A DNA stretch of 44,301 nt from a virus. Lineage: Duplodnaviria > Caudoviricetes. Shown piece after piece: positions 44,151 to 44,301 of the stretch (position 1 is its first letter; each line of letters starts with the position of its first letter). Below the pieces are notes generated by a model. It had not been told where the DNA came from. It made no database searches and saw only the letters and a program-made list of their open reading frames with translations. Both the position numbers and the translations under genes were made by a program. The DNA lies in IMG/VR virus record IMGVR_UViG_3300037440_000087, positions 1 through 44,301 of that record; one strand, given 5' to 3'.

Positions 44151-44301
44151 GTTACTTCCCACTTACACACGGCTTATTCCTCCGACCTGTTCGGTATTAC
44201 CCAGGTTAAGAAGGTATTTACTACGAACGCTGCTAAAGCCGCCAGGGCGTCATTAACGGACATATCGCCGTCTTCTACACCCACTAGAGCTAGTAAAGCC
44301 A
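44148..44301. repeat. Terminal overlap, copy 2
   Basis: Matches 1-151 with 3 extra nt near 44271-44276. Confidence 0.95.

Overview
The window appears to be a complete, circularly assembled ~44.15 kb tailed-phage genome. Bases 44148-44301 repeat bases 1-151, apart from one in-frame 3-nt insertion. It uses the standard genetic code. The minus strand (27-30560) carries, in transcription order: terminase small and large subunits, portal, scaffold, major capsid protein, an 8-enzyme glycan-synthesis cassette, virion accessory proteins, internal/ejection proteins, short-tail proteins and a lysis module. No tape measure, tail tube or sheath gene is recognisable, so it is probably podovirus-like. The plus strand (31239-43911) carries an amidoligase / class II glutamine amidotransferase / ATP-grasp cluster, a CAP-domain protein, a Cas4-like nuclease, an SSB-like protein, a ParB-like protein, RusA, a HAD protein and many small ORFs. 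No integrase, DNA polymerase, helicase, primase or tRNA was recognised. The main candidate new system is mucin-like virion O-glycosylation. Four virion-module proteins carry long codon-degenerate (S-P-S-A-S-x)n tracts, and the adjacent cassette encodes two enzymes with polypeptide-GalNAc-transferase-like motifs, a plant-type RGP/UDP-arabinopyranose mutase, two sugar-nucleotide SDRs, further GT-A-like proteins and a methyltransferase. Other oddities are a segment-swapped M23 endolysin, three structured non-coding regions, a recurrent AGAGAGGTCA initiation motif with an antisense copy in a hairpin, and DnaA-box-like repeats. A Saccharibacteria/CPR host is only a hypothesis. All family assignments come from motifs recognised by eye; no database searches or folding programs were run.
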